Positions 8,373 to 20,400 are shown, counted from the stretch's first letter. The stretch is DNA of 39,200 bases from Verrucomicrobiales bacterium (GCA_031411295.1 JANOAV010000182.1:1-39200); one strand, 5' to 3'. Made by a program: numbers and translations. The notes: generated by a model from the letters alone, not told the origin.

Positions 8373-11300
8373 TCACGGATTGATCGCTGCTTTTAGCCGC
8401 AACCACTCCCGCAGGTGCGTTTCCGCCGCCTGGGTTGACCTCATGCCGTCCCGTTGGCCCTCCCGGGGCAGGGCCACCAAGCCCGCAGTCTCCCAATGGA
8501 CCAGATCCACCGAGCGCTCCACCGTGAACAACAGCCCAGCTCGCGATGCCACCAACGGATGTCGGGCACTCAAGTAGTGACTCCCGTTAATCTCCGTCAG
8601 CGCGACTTGCCAGACTGGCTCTGCGGTCGCCTCCAAGGGGTTCGTGCCGAGGGCAAATTCCACCAAGTTAGGCAACCCATCGCCATCACTATCCGCTTCC
8701 GCCAAACTAGCCGCATTTGGCGCATCCCACCAGCGGGCGCTCCACGCGGTGAAATCCAGCGCCACTTCCCCTGGACTGCCCTGGGCATCTAGACTGGCCT
8801 TCCAAGTAGCGGGTTGGGCATGATCCCGACCCACCGCTGGGGCGATCATTTCCAAACTAAAGCCAGCACCATCCGCCGCCTCTGGCCAAGGTGCGGCATC
8901 CGCATAAGCGAACGACACGATCACATTCCCGTCGGCACCCCGCACCGTGATCGTTTCTCCGTCATTATCCAAGGTGTCATTTCCCATGAACTCCGCAACG
9001 ATGCGCGCTGCTGCTGCTGCCCCAAAGCGGGCAGTGAATGCCGCGCGATTCCGCACCAGCAAAGCAACTTCCCCCGGCTGCAGCACCGCACTGGGACCGC
9101 TCCCCACCGCGCACGACACTCCTTCCGTAAGGGTCAGCCCGGTGAGATCTATGGCTGCGGTCCCCACCGCCATCAATTCGATAAACTCAAAGTCTGCCCG
9201 CCCTGTGCTCACTGCCAATTCGGCGGCATTCCGCGGACCCGTGGGACGATAGCTAAACTCACTAACCACCACATTGGCTGCGGACGCCGGTGCCACCGTG
9301 GAGAACCAAGCGGAGTCCAAGGCAGACCACACCCCGGCCGGGGAAAGCACGCGGGCCGTGAGGCGGACGGGACCTGTGATCAGAATCGGAGTGGTGTAGG
9401 CTGTGGCAGTTCCCCTCAGTGCTCCGCCAGCGGTGGTGCGCTCGGCTATCAGTTGCGGGTCAATCAACATGTCCCGGCTATCGGTGTAATTATTTAATCC
9501 CTGAATCGCCAGCACATTCGTGCCCATGTGTAGCGCTCCGATTCCAGCCGTGACATCATACCACCAAGGAGTCTGCGCCCAGACATCATCACGTCCCGCG
9601 TCTGGATAATAGGCCGCATCATCCCAACTCAGTTCACCTGAAGGAGCATTGGCTGCCGCCACTCTCTGCCCGTTGATCCAGGCGACAAAGCCATCGTCAA
9701 ACCGCATGCGCAGCGACAATCCATTGACCCCATTTAAATCAGCCGCCGAGAGTTGGAAGGGCACCCGAATGAAGACCGAATTGTTCGCGTTAAACATTTC
9801 CGGAACCGCCGTCCCAATCCACGGCGCATAGATCCCCGGCAGCGGCATGAACGTGGACTCCAGTTCTGTCGCTTCATAGCCCACGCCAGCGATTCCCGAT
9901 CTCCACTGCGCACTATTTGCCGGAACCGCCGGGTCCCGCCAGGTCGTTCCTAACGTGCTTCCACCGTTGCTCGTCGAAGGCACTAGCACCTCGACCACAG
10001 CTCCCACTCCAATGTATTGCTGAGGAGCGGATTGAAAGCCTGTCAGCGGGTCTGAACCATCCGTCGTAAAATAAATCGTCCCGCCATCCGGATCCGTTAG
10101 CGTGACCGACGTGCCCGCAGGAACATTGCCCCCGCGTTGACTCCAGACCACCGCCGTGCTTTCCGCCGGATACAAACCACGCGCCCGGAACTGCGCCAAG
10201 ACCCGCTGCGTTCGCCCCGGAGATCCGCCAATGAAGCCATCCCGCAGCCAATCCATCTCCGACCTCCAATGATCATTTCTCGTGAAACTCACCCCATTCA
10301 CATCCCCCCAACGCGCGCTTTCCGCCACCATGGCTGACTCAATCTCCGCCCGCAATGCTCCCAGCCGGGCTTGCGCCACTGGCGTGTCCAACACCCCACC
10401 ATTTTTGAAAATGCGCTGCACCCGATCCGAAAATCTCCTGCGGAAACTCTCATTTTGTTTCAACCAAGCGTAGAGCCCGGCGGGCGTCTTCACCGTAATC
10501 AGAACGTTCAGATTGGGATCAATGAACGAGTATTTATCCACCTGGGTTAGATCGAAATCCGCCACCCGCTGACCCGGCACCGGGTTAACGGGCGGAGTCG
10601 GAATACGATCAATCACATGCAGCCCCATACTCATCTCCGCGTCCCAACTCATTACCTTGAAAGGCTGCGCTGATGGCCCCCGCAGTCGTCCTGCCGCATA
10701 CCAATTCTTGTTCGCAAAGGTCCCCACATCTACTGCCGGAGCACTATCACGAAACACCGGCGTCATCCAGTCGTAGTCCGCACTCCACATCCGAATGATC
10801 AGGTGGTCACAAAAGGCATCCAGATCCAACGTCTTTCCTGCCTCCGCCACCGCCGCATCCGTCGCCACGCCATCCGTTAGGGCCGTCAACGCCTGCCAGG
10901 AAGATCCTTCTCCGTCCAACGTGGCTGATTCATACGCCCGATTGTCTGCATGATGCAGCACATTCCAATCCGCCTCCGCCCCTCCCTCCCGTTCGGCAAA
11001 AAACGCCGCCGAAGGACGCTCCGCCAGATCATAGATGCCCCAATACAATCCATTTAAATACAACTGCACAAATCGCCCCCGCACCTGTGGCAATCCCGCC
11101 GCTAACTCCGTGCGACGCACAAAGGCATCCCGCACATAACTCGCATGAGCCGCCAACTGCCCGTCCCCACTCCCGAACGGCACCGCCCAGCCATCATGGC
11201 CGCCGGGATGCAGCACCAGCTGATCAAACGAATTCGCTGGCGACCCGGAGAACAGCGGAAACTCCAACCGGGCCGGACCATACTCCCTGCGGAAATACAA

Positions 11301-13064
11301 CCGGAACGGCTTCTTCAAATGCGCCACCCGCGCATTCCCCCCATGCATTCGCAATCCAGCGTCGGCCTGAAATTGGGCCACCCCCGGCCCAGCGAAAAAT
11401 TCCATCGATATGGGAATCTCCACTAGCTCACCACGTTCCTGCCGTCGGTCTCCATAAATTCCCTCATCTGACAGCAGCGCACTGGGAGTCGTTACCAGCG
11501 ACACCGTCGGCAGCGCCTGCAACGATGCTTCCACCTCCCCGCTATACGCCGGGTCATTCACCACCGCAGGGTTCATGGCATAGTCCGCTGCCACCGGCTG
11601 ACCAGCCAACGTCCCCCACGTAGCCGCCGCCCCTGCAGGAGCGATTGGTTGTTGTTTCACCGCCGCAGGAAAGACATACGTCTGCGTCATCGTTTCGCTT
11701 GGCAGCAGCCCCGGCTTAAATGTCCGCGCCCGCAATACCATCGTCGTTGTCACCGGAATCGACCCGCTATAGATCAAACCACTCACGCCATCCGGCTCCG
11801 CTCCATTGGTCGTAAATCGAATCGTTGCCCCCACCGTCGGACTGGTTAGCTGCACCGCAATCGGCGCACTGAAGAACCCCCGACCCACACTTGCTGACGG
11901 CTCCACCGCCGCGCCAGCAAACACCATCCCCTGCGCCCGGCCCGGCGTGGGAGATGCCAGAAATCCCTCTGTCAGACCACCAGGCGCATACCCCACCAGC
12001 AACTCCGGCAACACCAGCAAATCATTACTATCCACTACCCGATTCACCCCTTGAATCGCCAACACATTGCGGCCGGGGACGAGGAGGTTCTTCTGACTCG
12101 TAAGATCAATCGACCACCAGTCCGTGCTATTCAAAGAACTCGCGGCCAACGAGTTCCACGCCGTGTTCGTCGGCACATTCTGTGCCGCCACCTTCGAGCC
12201 ATTGAGCCACGCCACAAAGCCATCATCATAGCGCATCCGCAGCGTCAAACTCGATAGCTGCGCCACACCAGCCACCTCAAAACCCCAACGCACATACACC
12301 GAGGAATATCGATCCGCCGAGTCCCTACCAAAGAATAGATCCCCCGCCAGCAAGCTATCGGAACCCTTTCCCAGCAACGAAGTGTAGATCCGCGTTTCCA
12401 ACGGAATCCGCAGGTCATAGCCAATCCCAGAGGTGCCCGCCCGCCACAAAATATCCGTGAACCCCAAGTCCGCCCACCCCGGCATCGGAGCATGCGGCAC
12501 CCACCAGCGACACGCCGCCCCCTGTTCCACCAGCACCGATCCCCTCCGACCATAGCTCCGATTTTCCCGCTGCGGCGGGTAGGCTGCAAAGGCACTCACC
12601 AACCCACCACTAGCATCCCGCAGCCCCAAATAACCGCCCCCTTTAGCCAACGCAAAATTCGTATGCAACCGCCCCGGGACCACCCGCCGATCCTTCCCCG
12701 AGGCAAACACCACCAACCGTTCCCCCGCCGCCAACGACACCACGGGAAAGATCCACTTCATCGGCACCGCCGCATCGTCTGTGAGCGCATACCCCGCCAA
12801 ATTCACCGACCCCGCATCCGGATTCCACAGCTCAATCCAATCCGCATACGTCCCATCCTCATCCGCCAACCCTGAAGCATTGTCCGCCATAAATTCCGAA
12901 ATCACCGGAGCCGCATTGGTAGCGTTCATCAGCAACCACAGGAGCAACAGCCCAAGAAGCCGACCGGGGAGAGCCTCTGCTTGGCATGGTTTAGCAATGG
13001 CGGCTGGAAGCACGCCGCTCCCATTAACGCCTGCAGCATTCATTAATCTTAAATCAGTATTCAT
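8373..13064 (-). CDS. Secreted lamin-tail-domain / CotH kinase family protein with chitobiase-FN3-like and beta-sandwich domains
   Basis: Hydrophobic signal then LTD (PVISEFMADN, DWIELWN). Two RMR(Y/F)DDGFVAW beta-sandwiches and two I(R/Y)FTT(N/D)G modules. CotH motifs KKPFRLYFR, LYLNGLYWGIYDLAERP, WDAE and AESARWGD. A second LTD and C-terminal DSDGDGLPNLVEFALGTNP follow. The start could be 13064, 13043 or later. Confidence 0.88.
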   Translation of the reverse strand: MNTDLRLMNAAGVNGSGVLPAAIAKPCQAEALPGRLLGLLLLWLLMNATNAAPVISEFMADNASGLADEDGTYADWIELWNPDAGSVNLAGYALTDDAAVPMKWIFPVVSLAAGERLVVFASGKDRRVVPGRLHTNFALAKGGGYLGLRDASGGLVSAFAAYPPQRENRSYGRRGSVLVEQGAACRWWVPHAPMPGWADLGFTDILWRAGTSGIGYDLRIPLETRIYTSLLGKGSDSLLAGDLFFGRDSADRYSSVYVRWGFEVAGVAQLSSLTLRMRYDDGFVAWLNGSKVAAQNVPTNTAWNSLAASSLNSTDWWSIDLTSQKNLLVPGRNVLAIQGVNRVVDSNDLLVLPELLVGYAPGGLTEGFLASPTPGRAQGMVFAGAAVEPSASVGRGFFSAPIAVQLTSPTVGATIRFTTNGAEPDGVSGLIYSGSIPVTTTMVLRARTFKPGLLPSETMTQTYVFPAAVKQQPIAPAGAAATWGTLAGQPVAADYAMNPAVVNDPAYSGEVEASLQALPTVSLVTTPSALLSDEGIYGDRRQERGELVEIPISMEFFAGPGVAQFQADAGLRMHGGNARVAHLKKPFRLYFRREYGPARLEFPLFSGSPANSFDQLVLHPGGHDGWAVPFGSGDGQLAAHASYVRDAFVRRTELAAGLPQVRGRFVQLYLNGLYWGIYDLAERPSAAFFAEREGGAEADWNVLHHADNRAYESATLDGEGSSWQALTALTDGVATDAAVAEAGKTLDLDAFCDHLIIRMWSADYDWMTPVFRDSAPAVDVGTFANKNWYAAGRLRGPSAQPFKVMSWDAEMSMGLHVIDRIPTPPVNPVPGQRVADFDLTQVDKYSFIDPNLNVLITVKTPAGLYAWLKQNESFRRRFSDRVQRIFKNGGVLDTPVAQARLGALRAEIESAMVAESARWGDVNGVSFTRNDHWRSEMDWLRDGFIGGSPGRTQRVLAQFRARGLYPAESTAVVWSQRGGNVPAGTSVTLTDPDGGTIYFTTDGSDPLTGFQSAPQQYIGVGAVVEVLVPSTSNGGSTLGTTWRDPAVPANSAQWRSGIAGVGYEATELESTFMPLPGIYAPWIGTAVPEMFNANNSVFIRVPFQLSAADLNGVNGLSLRMRFDDGFVAWINGQRVAAANAPSGELSWDDAAYYPDAGRDDVWAQTPWWYDVTAGIGALHMGTNVLAIQGLNNYTDSRDMLIDPQLIAERTTAGGALRGTATAYTTPILITGPVRLTARVLSPAGVWSALDSAWFSTVAPASAANVVVSEFSYRPTGPRNAAELAVSTGRADFEFIELMAVGTAAIDLTGLTLTEGVSCAVGSGPSAVLQPGEVALLVRNRAAFTARFGAAAAARIVAEFMGNDTLDNDGETITVRGADGNVIVSFAYADAAPWPEAADGAGFSLEMIAPAVGRDHAQPATWKASLDAQGSPGEVALDFTAWSARWWDAPNAASLAEADSDGDGLPNLVEFALGTNPLEATAEPVWQVALTEINGSHYLSARHPLVASRAGLLFTVERSVDLVHWETAGLVALPREGQRDGMRSTQAAETHLREWLRLKAAINP

Positions 13065-13067
13065 AAC
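13040..13067. repeat. Degenerate heptamer tandem repeat, copy 1
   Basis: tcattaa tcttaaa tcagtat tcataac; shares the TCTTAAATC core with the other three junctions. Confidence 0.6.
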
Positions 13068-13071
13068 TTAA

Positions 13072-16000
13072 TCAGTTTCCCTTTCTAATAACTAAACGTG
13101 CCCAGCGACGCTGCGTGACAGACAACGGCTCCATATCCCGATAAATCGCTTGGATTGGAGTCTCCTCTCTTACCAATTGCAGCCGTGAAGCACTGGCGGT
13201 CCAGTTCACAAGATCATCCGAAATCTCCACGCGGTAGATGATGCCAGGCCGCTTGGCCCGACGGCTTAACGTCACGGTGAAATGATGCTCTACCGCGCCA
13301 TCGCTCTCCGCGGCACTCAACGCCTCCGATCCCACCGCCTCAAACGAACACGTCAATCCCACATCAATTCCATCGCGATCGCTTGGCACCTTCGGATCAG
13401 ACCCCAGCGCATACTCCATCAAATTCGTCAGCCCATCCCGGTCTGGATCCGCCTCGTCTCCGCTGATGTTGATGGAGCCGAGTTCAGCTTTGGAGAAATG
13501 CGTGTAGAGCCAATTGTTTATTTCGAGGCCATTAGATGCCACTTCGGTGGAAATGCTATAATTCAATGTTTCTGCTGGATTATCAATCCAAGCAGAACCC
13601 GCTAGCAAGCCACGCCCGTTGGACCCCCAGCCCCAAATAGAGCCATCCACCCGCTTGGAATAGGAGCATTCAAAGCCAGGAAAAATATCGACAGCGTCAG
13701 CTAACGTCTCGATTTTTCCCGGTTCAAGGAAACCGCCTAACTCCCCGCGTCCAGCTAGTGCCGGTCTTCCCCAAGTCCAAATCGATCCATCGGCCCGCAA
13801 CGCAAAATTGCCAGCACCCGAAGCGTTTTGACTTGAGGCGATTTTGATTATGGGGGCCAAGACCTGCCCCGCGGGAGCCAATCCAGCCACATCATTCAGT
13901 GCTTCATTACTATCGATCATGCAGACGGTTGCATCTGATTTGAGCAACAAAGGCCAGGCCATCTGTTGCACACTGCCAGCATCGACCACTAACCGAAGTC
14001 CCGAGGCGACTAGCGTTGTCCCGACTGCATCGACCACTGCACCAAAGGTCCAAATTTTGCCATCTGCGCATCGGATGATAGTTCCACCAAGACCGGGCTC
14101 GATTTCAACCGGAGAGCCGAAATCCGATGGCAACGAACCGGTAATCTCCACTACGTTAGTGGAATTCTGAACCGCCCAAAATCTTCCCAGTTCGTCCAAG
14201 GCAATAGCTGTTCGGTAGGAGGAGGAAAACGACCTCACGCCAGAAATATTAGGATTTTTGATAAATACTTGCTGCCCAAATGTCGAGGGGTAATATTCAA
14301 AGTGCTTGTTGAGATCGAATGTCCATAAGGTTCGATCCTCCCGTAAAGCGACCAACGTTGATGCTCCTAAGTTTGAGATACGAGCAACGCCCGACAGCCC
14401 CGGTAGGTCCACTGGCCTAACATCTAGCGTAAATGGGTTCGTTCTACCGACCGATTTAATCGTATTGTTGCTCCACGTAGCAACCGCAATCTCCCCCAAC
14501 TTTCCGTAGACTCGATCCGCACCCGAAAACTGGGAAACTTCCGCCGGCACGGAATAATTTCCGGCTCCGCCCTGACCCAGCCCTTGATTAAGGTTGGATC
14601 CCCAGGATTGCGTCCGACCATCTGCGAGCAGCACTATCGAATTCAACCAGACCGTGGTGGCCCCATCTATTGCAGGTCCAGCTAATGGCACCTGTGTGAT
14701 TGGCCCGCTGGGCTGTCCAGCTATTATCGAACTGAACAGACGTTTGTCCCATGTCCACCATCGTCCATGCTTGTCAACTCCACCTCCCCCAGCTGGCGCG
14801 CGTTGGAAACCTGCAAGACTTGGTAATAACTGCGGTGTTCCACCAAAGAGTTGACCCCCATATATGCTAGAGCACAAGATCCTTCCATCGTAGCGTGTGG
14901 CCAAGGTTACATTTGTTCCAGACGCCACACTGGAATTGATGTCACACACCTCTCCCCACATCGGCAAATACGTTGGCATTGTCACCGGGCCACCACCACC
15001 ATTGCCCAAATTATAGTCATTTTGTCCCCAGCCCCAGAGCTTACTCTGTTCATCAAGACAAAAGACATTCCGCGTGCTGCTCGTGAAGATCTTTTTAATA
15101 AAAGGCAGCCCCAGCACCGGCACTGGCGTTGGCACCGGATTATTGTGGCCCAAACCAAGCTCCGAATTGGCATTGGCACCAAAAACCAGCACCGCACCGT
15201 CATTCCGCAGCACGAAATGATTTAATCCCGTTGGGTCGCTTAGAATTTGGACGATTCCGGTTAACCCGGGCACTGCCGTGGGAACCGTCGCACTGGCACT
15301 CGGTGGGGTTTCCCGCCCCGTGTAAGCCGTAGCCGCACCAAACGATAACACCGTCCCATCCTCTCGCAGCACCAAACAGGCCCCAAATAATTCGGAATTC
15401 TCACCGCTTCCACCACTTACCGCTATAACATTACTGCACCCAGGAATGGGAGCGAATTTATCCAGGGACAGAGCAGATGAGCCCACCACAACTTGCCCCA
15501 GACTGCTTGTCCTAAAAATCGAGGCGGCATAGAGTTGCAAGTCCGAATCAATCAGGAAGGGCAGTCCATCGAAAACAGACAGCACGTTCTTGGCTGGACT
15601 ATTAAGTGTATTGGCTGGTCCGCCCGCGTATGGAATTCGCCCGTCAGGCAACGTATGTCCATAAAGGCTAAACGTTCCTTGGGCAATCCACTTTGGAGCC
15701 AAGTGTCTCCACTGGATGTTCCGAGTCCCTGCGAGCGATGCCTTTTGCAGAGAAACAGTCCCTTCCGTGGAGCAGGAACCCAGCAGTCGAGGCTGCCGAT
15801 TCACTCCCACCTGTAAGAGATTGCGCATCTCCAAGGGGCTCTTCCCTTCTCTGGCTAGCGTGCACACCGCTGCCCCAGTGACAGCCGCAGCCGCCATACT
15901 CGTTCCGCTTTTCATTTCATAACCTCCTCCCAATTTACAGCTCAAAATACCCACACCAGGCCCAGCTAAATCCACACTGACATGCCCATAATTGGAGAAC

Positions 16001-17412
16001 GAGGCCAACTGTCCATCTTGTTTTATAGCGGCAATCGACATCACATGCCCCAATGCAAAAGCAGCAGGCATAAAGACGATTTGATCAATGTCATCACCCA
16101 CCCGATTTCCAGTTTCCACCAAGGAGCCATTTCCCGCAGCACAGCAGAAAAGCACGTTATCCGCCTCCTCGAAAGCCAATTGCACCCCCAGCGGGGCCGA
16201 TCCGTAGGCCCCCAGCGACAGATTTGCGATTTGCATCTTCATCAACCGCGCGTAATTTACCGCCTCAATCACATCACTCCACAATCCACTTCCGTTGCTG
16301 CGCAACGCTTTGAGGCTGGCCAGCCCCACGTTCCAACACACACCCGCCACACCCACACCATTATTTCCTTTAGCCCCAATGATCCCAGCTACGTGCGTGC
16401 CGTGGCCGAAGTCGTCTTGCGGCACGTTGTCATCATTCACAAAGTCCCAGCCGTGGACATCATCAATCAGGCCATTGCCGTCGTCATCGATGCCGTTCGT
16501 TTCCTTGCCCCCGCCGCTTTCACCGGGGTTGGTCCAAATATTATCGATCAGATCCTCATGCGTTAAATCGATCCCGCTATCAATCACTGCAACCGTCACT
16601 GCACTGCTGCCCGTGGTGAGGTCCCAGGCCTCTGGGGCATCGATGTCAGCATCGGGTGTGCCGGTGATGCCATTGACCGTTTGTCCTGTGTTGTGTAGGC
16701 CCCATTGTTGGTTGAAGAGCGGATCGTTGGGGATGGAGGCGCTGAAAATGTAGCCGTCCGGGACTGCGCTGGTGATGATGGGAAGCTTCTTTAGGGCTTC
16801 GGTGGCGGTTTCTAGGGAGTCGGCATTTTTGGATTCGAAGCCGATGAGGTAGCGACGGGTTGCTGGGCTGATGGGCGAGACGCCCATGCCACTGCTTAAT
16901 TTCTTCCGAATCACAAAGCCTTCGGGTAATCCTGCGCGCACTTCTGCTTCGGTTTTTCCCTGTTGCGCATACACCACCAAATGATCCGCCGGCATCACGC
17001 GTCGCTCCACTAGCCGATTCTCCTTGATGCTCGCTACTTCTTCAATGCGCACATTTTTATGCCGACCCGTGGCACCGGAAATTTCCCCCAGCAGCACTCG
17101 CGCGCGCAAGCCAACTCCCACCGGAGCCGGGGTGGGGAAGGCCAGTCGCGCCACGTCTTCATAGACCGCAGTTTGCACAAAGCCGTTGGGAATCGGATTC
17201 GTGCCGTGGTTGGCAGGCTGCACTTCGGACCATGGCGGCAGCTTTACAGCTTGGGTTGGGACAACGGGCTCAGCAGGCTTCACAAATTCAGGATTAGCCG
17301 ATGTGGCTGCCCGCTGGGCCTGTTCAGTGAACCATACACCCAGCAGAAATAGCAGAAGCAACACCACCGTCGTGGCGATTCGAGAAATGCTGTTTCTGCT
17401 TTTGGTTTTCAT
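13072..17412 (-). CDS. S8 subtilisin-like serine peptidase-RCC1 repeat fusion (paralog B')
   Basis: N-terminal TM/signal and prodomain. Triad motifs VAVIDSG, HGTHVAG and GTSMA, oxyanion AAGN. RCC1-like repeats (LREDGTV, LRADGSIWTWG, DGSIWGWGSNGRG). C-terminal DPDRDGLTNLMEYALGSDP domain. Confidence 0.92.
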   Translation of the reverse strand: MKTKSRNSISRIATTVVLLLLFLLGVWFTEQAQRAATSANPEFVKPAEPVVPTQAVKLPPWSEVQPANHGTNPIPNGFVQTAVYEDVARLAFPTPAPVGVGLRARVLLGEISGATGRHKNVRIEEVASIKENRLVERRVMPADHLVVYAQQGKTEAEVRAGLPEGFVIRKKLSSGMGVSPISPATRRYLIGFESKNADSLETATEALKKLPIITSAVPDGYIFSASIPNDPLFNQQWGLHNTGQTVNGITGTPDADIDAPEAWDLTTGSSAVTVAVIDSGIDLTHEDLIDNIWTNPGESGGGKETNGIDDDGNGLIDDVHGWDFVNDDNVPQDDFGHGTHVAGIIGAKGNNGVGVAGVCWNVGLASLKALRSNGSGLWSDVIEAVNYARLMKMQIANLSLGAYGSAPLGVQLAFEEADNVLFCCAAGNGSLVETGNRVGDDIDQIVFMPAAFALGHVMSIAAIKQDGQLASFSNYGHVSVDLAGPGVGILSCKLGGGYEMKSGTSMAAAAVTGAAVCTLAREGKSPLEMRNLLQVGVNRQPRLLGSCSTEGTVSLQKASLAGTRNIQWRHLAPKWIAQGTFSLYGHTLPDGRIPYAGGPANTLNSPAKNVLSVFDGLPFLIDSDLQLYAASIFRTSSLGQVVVGSSALSLDKFAPIPGCSNVIAVSGGSGENSELFGACLVLREDGTVLSFGAATAYTGRETPPSASATVPTAVPGLTGIVQILSDPTGLNHFVLRNDGAVLVFGANANSELGLGHNNPVPTPVPVLGLPFIKKIFTSSTRNVFCLDEQSKLWGWGQNDYNLGNGGGGPVTMPTYLPMWGEVCDINSSVASGTNVTLATRYDGRILCSSIYGGQLFGGTPQLLPSLAGFQRAPAGGGGVDKHGRWWTWDKRLFSSIIAGQPSGPITQVPLAGPAIDGATTVWLNSIVLLADGRTQSWGSNLNQGLGQGGAGNYSVPAEVSQFSGADRVYGKLGEIAVATWSNNTIKSVGRTNPFTLDVRPVDLPGLSGVARISNLGASTLVALREDRTLWTFDLNKHFEYYPSTFGQQVFIKNPNISGVRSFSSSYRTAIALDELGRFWAVQNSTNVVEITGSLPSDFGSPVEIEPGLGGTIIRCADGKIWTFGAVVDAVGTTLVASGLRLVVDAGSVQQMAWPLLLKSDATVCMIDSNEALNDVAGLAPAGQVLAPIIKIASSQNASGAGNFALRADGSIWTWGRPALAGRGELGGFLEPGKIETLADAVDIFPGFECSYSKRVDGSIWGWGSNGRGLLAGSAWIDNPAETLNYSISTEVASNGLEINNWLYTHFSKAELGSINISGDEADPDRDGLTNLMEYALGSDPKVPSDRDGIDVGLTCSFEAVGSEALSAAESDGAVEHHFTVTLSRRAKRPGIIYRVEISDDLVNWTASASRLQLVREETPIQAIYRDMEPLSVTQRRWARLVIRKGN

Positions 17413-17416
17413 TGGC

Positions 17417-17452
17417 TCTTCAATTCTTCCATCTTAAATCATCCATCATCAA
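17417..17452. repeat. Degenerate heptamer tandem repeat, copy 2
   Basis: tcttcaa t tcttcca tcttaaa tcatcca tcatcaa fills most of the 44-bp intergenic spacer. Confidence 0.8.
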
Positions 17453-17456
17453 TCGC

Positions 17457-20400
17457 CTAGTTTCCCTTTCTTATGACTAAACGGGCCCAGCGGTGCGCGG
17501 CTACTCCCAGGGGATCGACATCACGATAGATCAGAACTTTCTCAGATTCTAGCACTTTAATCAAGCGGCTAGTGCTGGCGGTCCAGTGCTCCATGTCATC
17601 AGAGAATTCTATCCGATACTCGATGCCAGGTCGCTTGGCACGGCGTTTCAGTTTTACCGTGAAATGCCGTTCCCCCGTGGCGGTTCCAGTCCCATCCGCT
17701 GAGAGGCCCTCGGAGGAAACGGTCTCGAAGGAGGCGGTTAAGCCGACCGCTTCTCCCTGTAGATCAGAAGCGACTTTGGGGTCTGATCCAAGCGCATACT
17801 CCATCAGATTGGTCAACCCGTCCCGATCCGGGTCGGCTTCGTCTCCGGAAATGTTAATGCTGCCCAGTTCCGCGCGCGAGAAATAGGTTGTGAGCCAGTC
17901 GGAAAGATCAGTGCCAGAGTTCTGGACTTGATTGGAAACCCCGTAGGCCAGAGTGCGTTGGGAATCGAACACGCGGGACTCACGCAGTAATTGCCCGTCA
18001 CTGTTTCTCCCCCATCCGAACATCGATCCATCCGCCCGTCGGACGTAGGATTGAAATTCGGAAGCGAAAATTTCCACCGCATCCGAGATGCCATACACTG
18101 GCCGGGCCACCAAGTCCTCGGTGTTTAAGGCCCCGGTGCCCAGTTGACCATAGACGTCGTATCCGTAGGAGGTGATGGTGCCGTCTGCCCGCAGGGCCAA
18201 CAGATGGGTGTAGCCCGCAGCCAGTTTGACCACGGGGGACTGCCCAAGCTGGCTGAAGCCAATGAGTTCCTGAGCATAGGACGGGAAGCCGGGATATTCA
18301 TAGACCCGCCAGACGGAACCATCGCTGCGCAGGGCCGCCAGAAAGCCGCTGCCGACAATGGCGGTGACATTGGTCAGACCGGAAACTTGTCTGTAATCCA
18401 AACTGCTCGATGCAAGGGTTGCTCCGGTAGCGACCGGGCCGGTAGCGCGATAACTCCAGACCGTGCCGTTGGCTTTGAGGAGGTAAATTCTGCGATCGAG
18501 CATAACCGCTCCAGCTTGCGCCGCTGCGGGAAAAGCACCGGGTGCGATGGCGATGAAGGGCGAGGCATTTCCCGCAGTGCCGGTAATGTCCTGCACAGGG
18601 CGGCCTGTGATGGCTGGGAAGTCCATCGCCCACACGTGTCCATCGCTGGTGAGAATGCCCATGGTGTTCTGCCGCTCTGCGATGGCTGGAGCGGCCAAGT
18701 CGATGGCATTGCTGATCCCGGAGACTTGCCATGGCGTGAGATCCGAGCCGGAGGATGGGTGGATAAAGACGTGACCCTGGGCATCTCTGGTGGCGAACTG
18801 ATCTGGCAGCAGCAGGGCGGGATCCGTGCCATCATATTTGTTCTGACTGCTGAAGGTGATGCGGGTCACGTTCATGAGGTTGGGATACTCCACTTCCACT
18901 CCATAATCCACCAGTCCGTTGCGGATGATGCGTCCCCACAAGGAAATCCGCCCTGAATTCATGGCGGCCGTGGTAGCCATACTATCCGCAGCTACGGCGG
19001 TGCACCCCCGCAGGGAAGGGATTTCCACCGGCTTGGAATACGAGGAAGCAACCCCAGTGCCAGTGCCACCGCGGGTGTTGTCACCCCAGGAATGACTGCG
19101 ATTTTCCACTTCCAGCGCACAGAAGTCTGACCCTGCGAGATCCTTTTCATACCCCACCGCCAACTCCCAGAGCAGACCTTGGTTGGGGAGTTCGGAAGCC
19201 AAGGGACTCAGTGTCTTCAGGCCGCTCCCAACAAACGAGCGATACGGCGTGGTTCCTAGCTGCACGACATTCCCCCGGCGCGTGACCACCAGAGTTTCGC
19301 TATAGTCCGATACCATGGCGGCTAATGCTGCGTCCGTGATCCCAGGCACCACCAAGGGGACCGTGATCGCACTAGCTGCATTCCAGAAAACAGGATCCCC
19401 ACCTGAGGCCAAGACCCGGCCATCCCGGTGCACTGCGACGGTCATGCCATCTCCTTCCCCCATGGCGAAAAATCTCGCGCCATCCCAAGCGGGGATTCGC
19501 ACTGGCGCAATGACATCCGCCAGCGTTCCATTCCCCAACCCTCCGGTGTTCTTGTTCTTGGCGGCTAACCACCGCTCGCGGGCACTCCAGCCCCATACTT
19601 GGTCCCCCGCCGCAATCGCGAAGGCACCGAAAGAGGAGGCAAACATGGCGTGAATATAGGGCAAGCCCGTCACTTGAGTTGGCAGGGACACTAATTCTAT
19701 ATGCCCCAGTCCCAGCTCTCCATTGTTAGAGCCCCAAGCCCAGACGGTGCCGTTCGCGAGCAACGCGAAATAGGCTTCCGTTCCCCCGCCGATCCAGCGG
19801 ACGGGGGCGGGCAGGGAGATTAAACCGAGGGACGCATTCGCGGCATCTCCATAGGCATGCCGACCAGTGAAGGCGTTCGCGTCCATGCCTGCCGAATAGA
19901 GCTGCCCACTGGTGGTCAGAAACAAATGGACATTGTTATCCGAGAACACATCCACGACGTTTTCCAATTGGCTGTAGCGGTAATGGGGCCCGGTGATGGC
20001 CCCATTGTGGCCGGGTAACACCATGGTGGCTGGGGCCCAAACGTGCAGATCCATGTCGATCATGAGGTCGCATTTAACATGTGCGGGAAGACTCAACATA
20101 TCCTGACCCAAGGGGATGGACTGGGGCACGGCAATGCCGGACCCCCAACCCGTGACACCGCCCTTAGGGAGAATCTGCCGGAATCCACCTAACGCGTTAA
20201 AATCTCCCTCTGCAGTGCTGGGAGCCTCGAACGGAGCCATCCGCGGAGCCCTGGCGGAAAGATGCCGCCAGCGAGAAAGTGCCTTCCCCTGCATGGTCAC
20301 GCGGCTGGCGTTGATGCTGCCCTCGGTAGCGCAACGATCCGTCAATCTTACTGGTTGGCGTTTGACGCAGATTTGCAGAGTGCTGCGGATGTCTGCGGGA

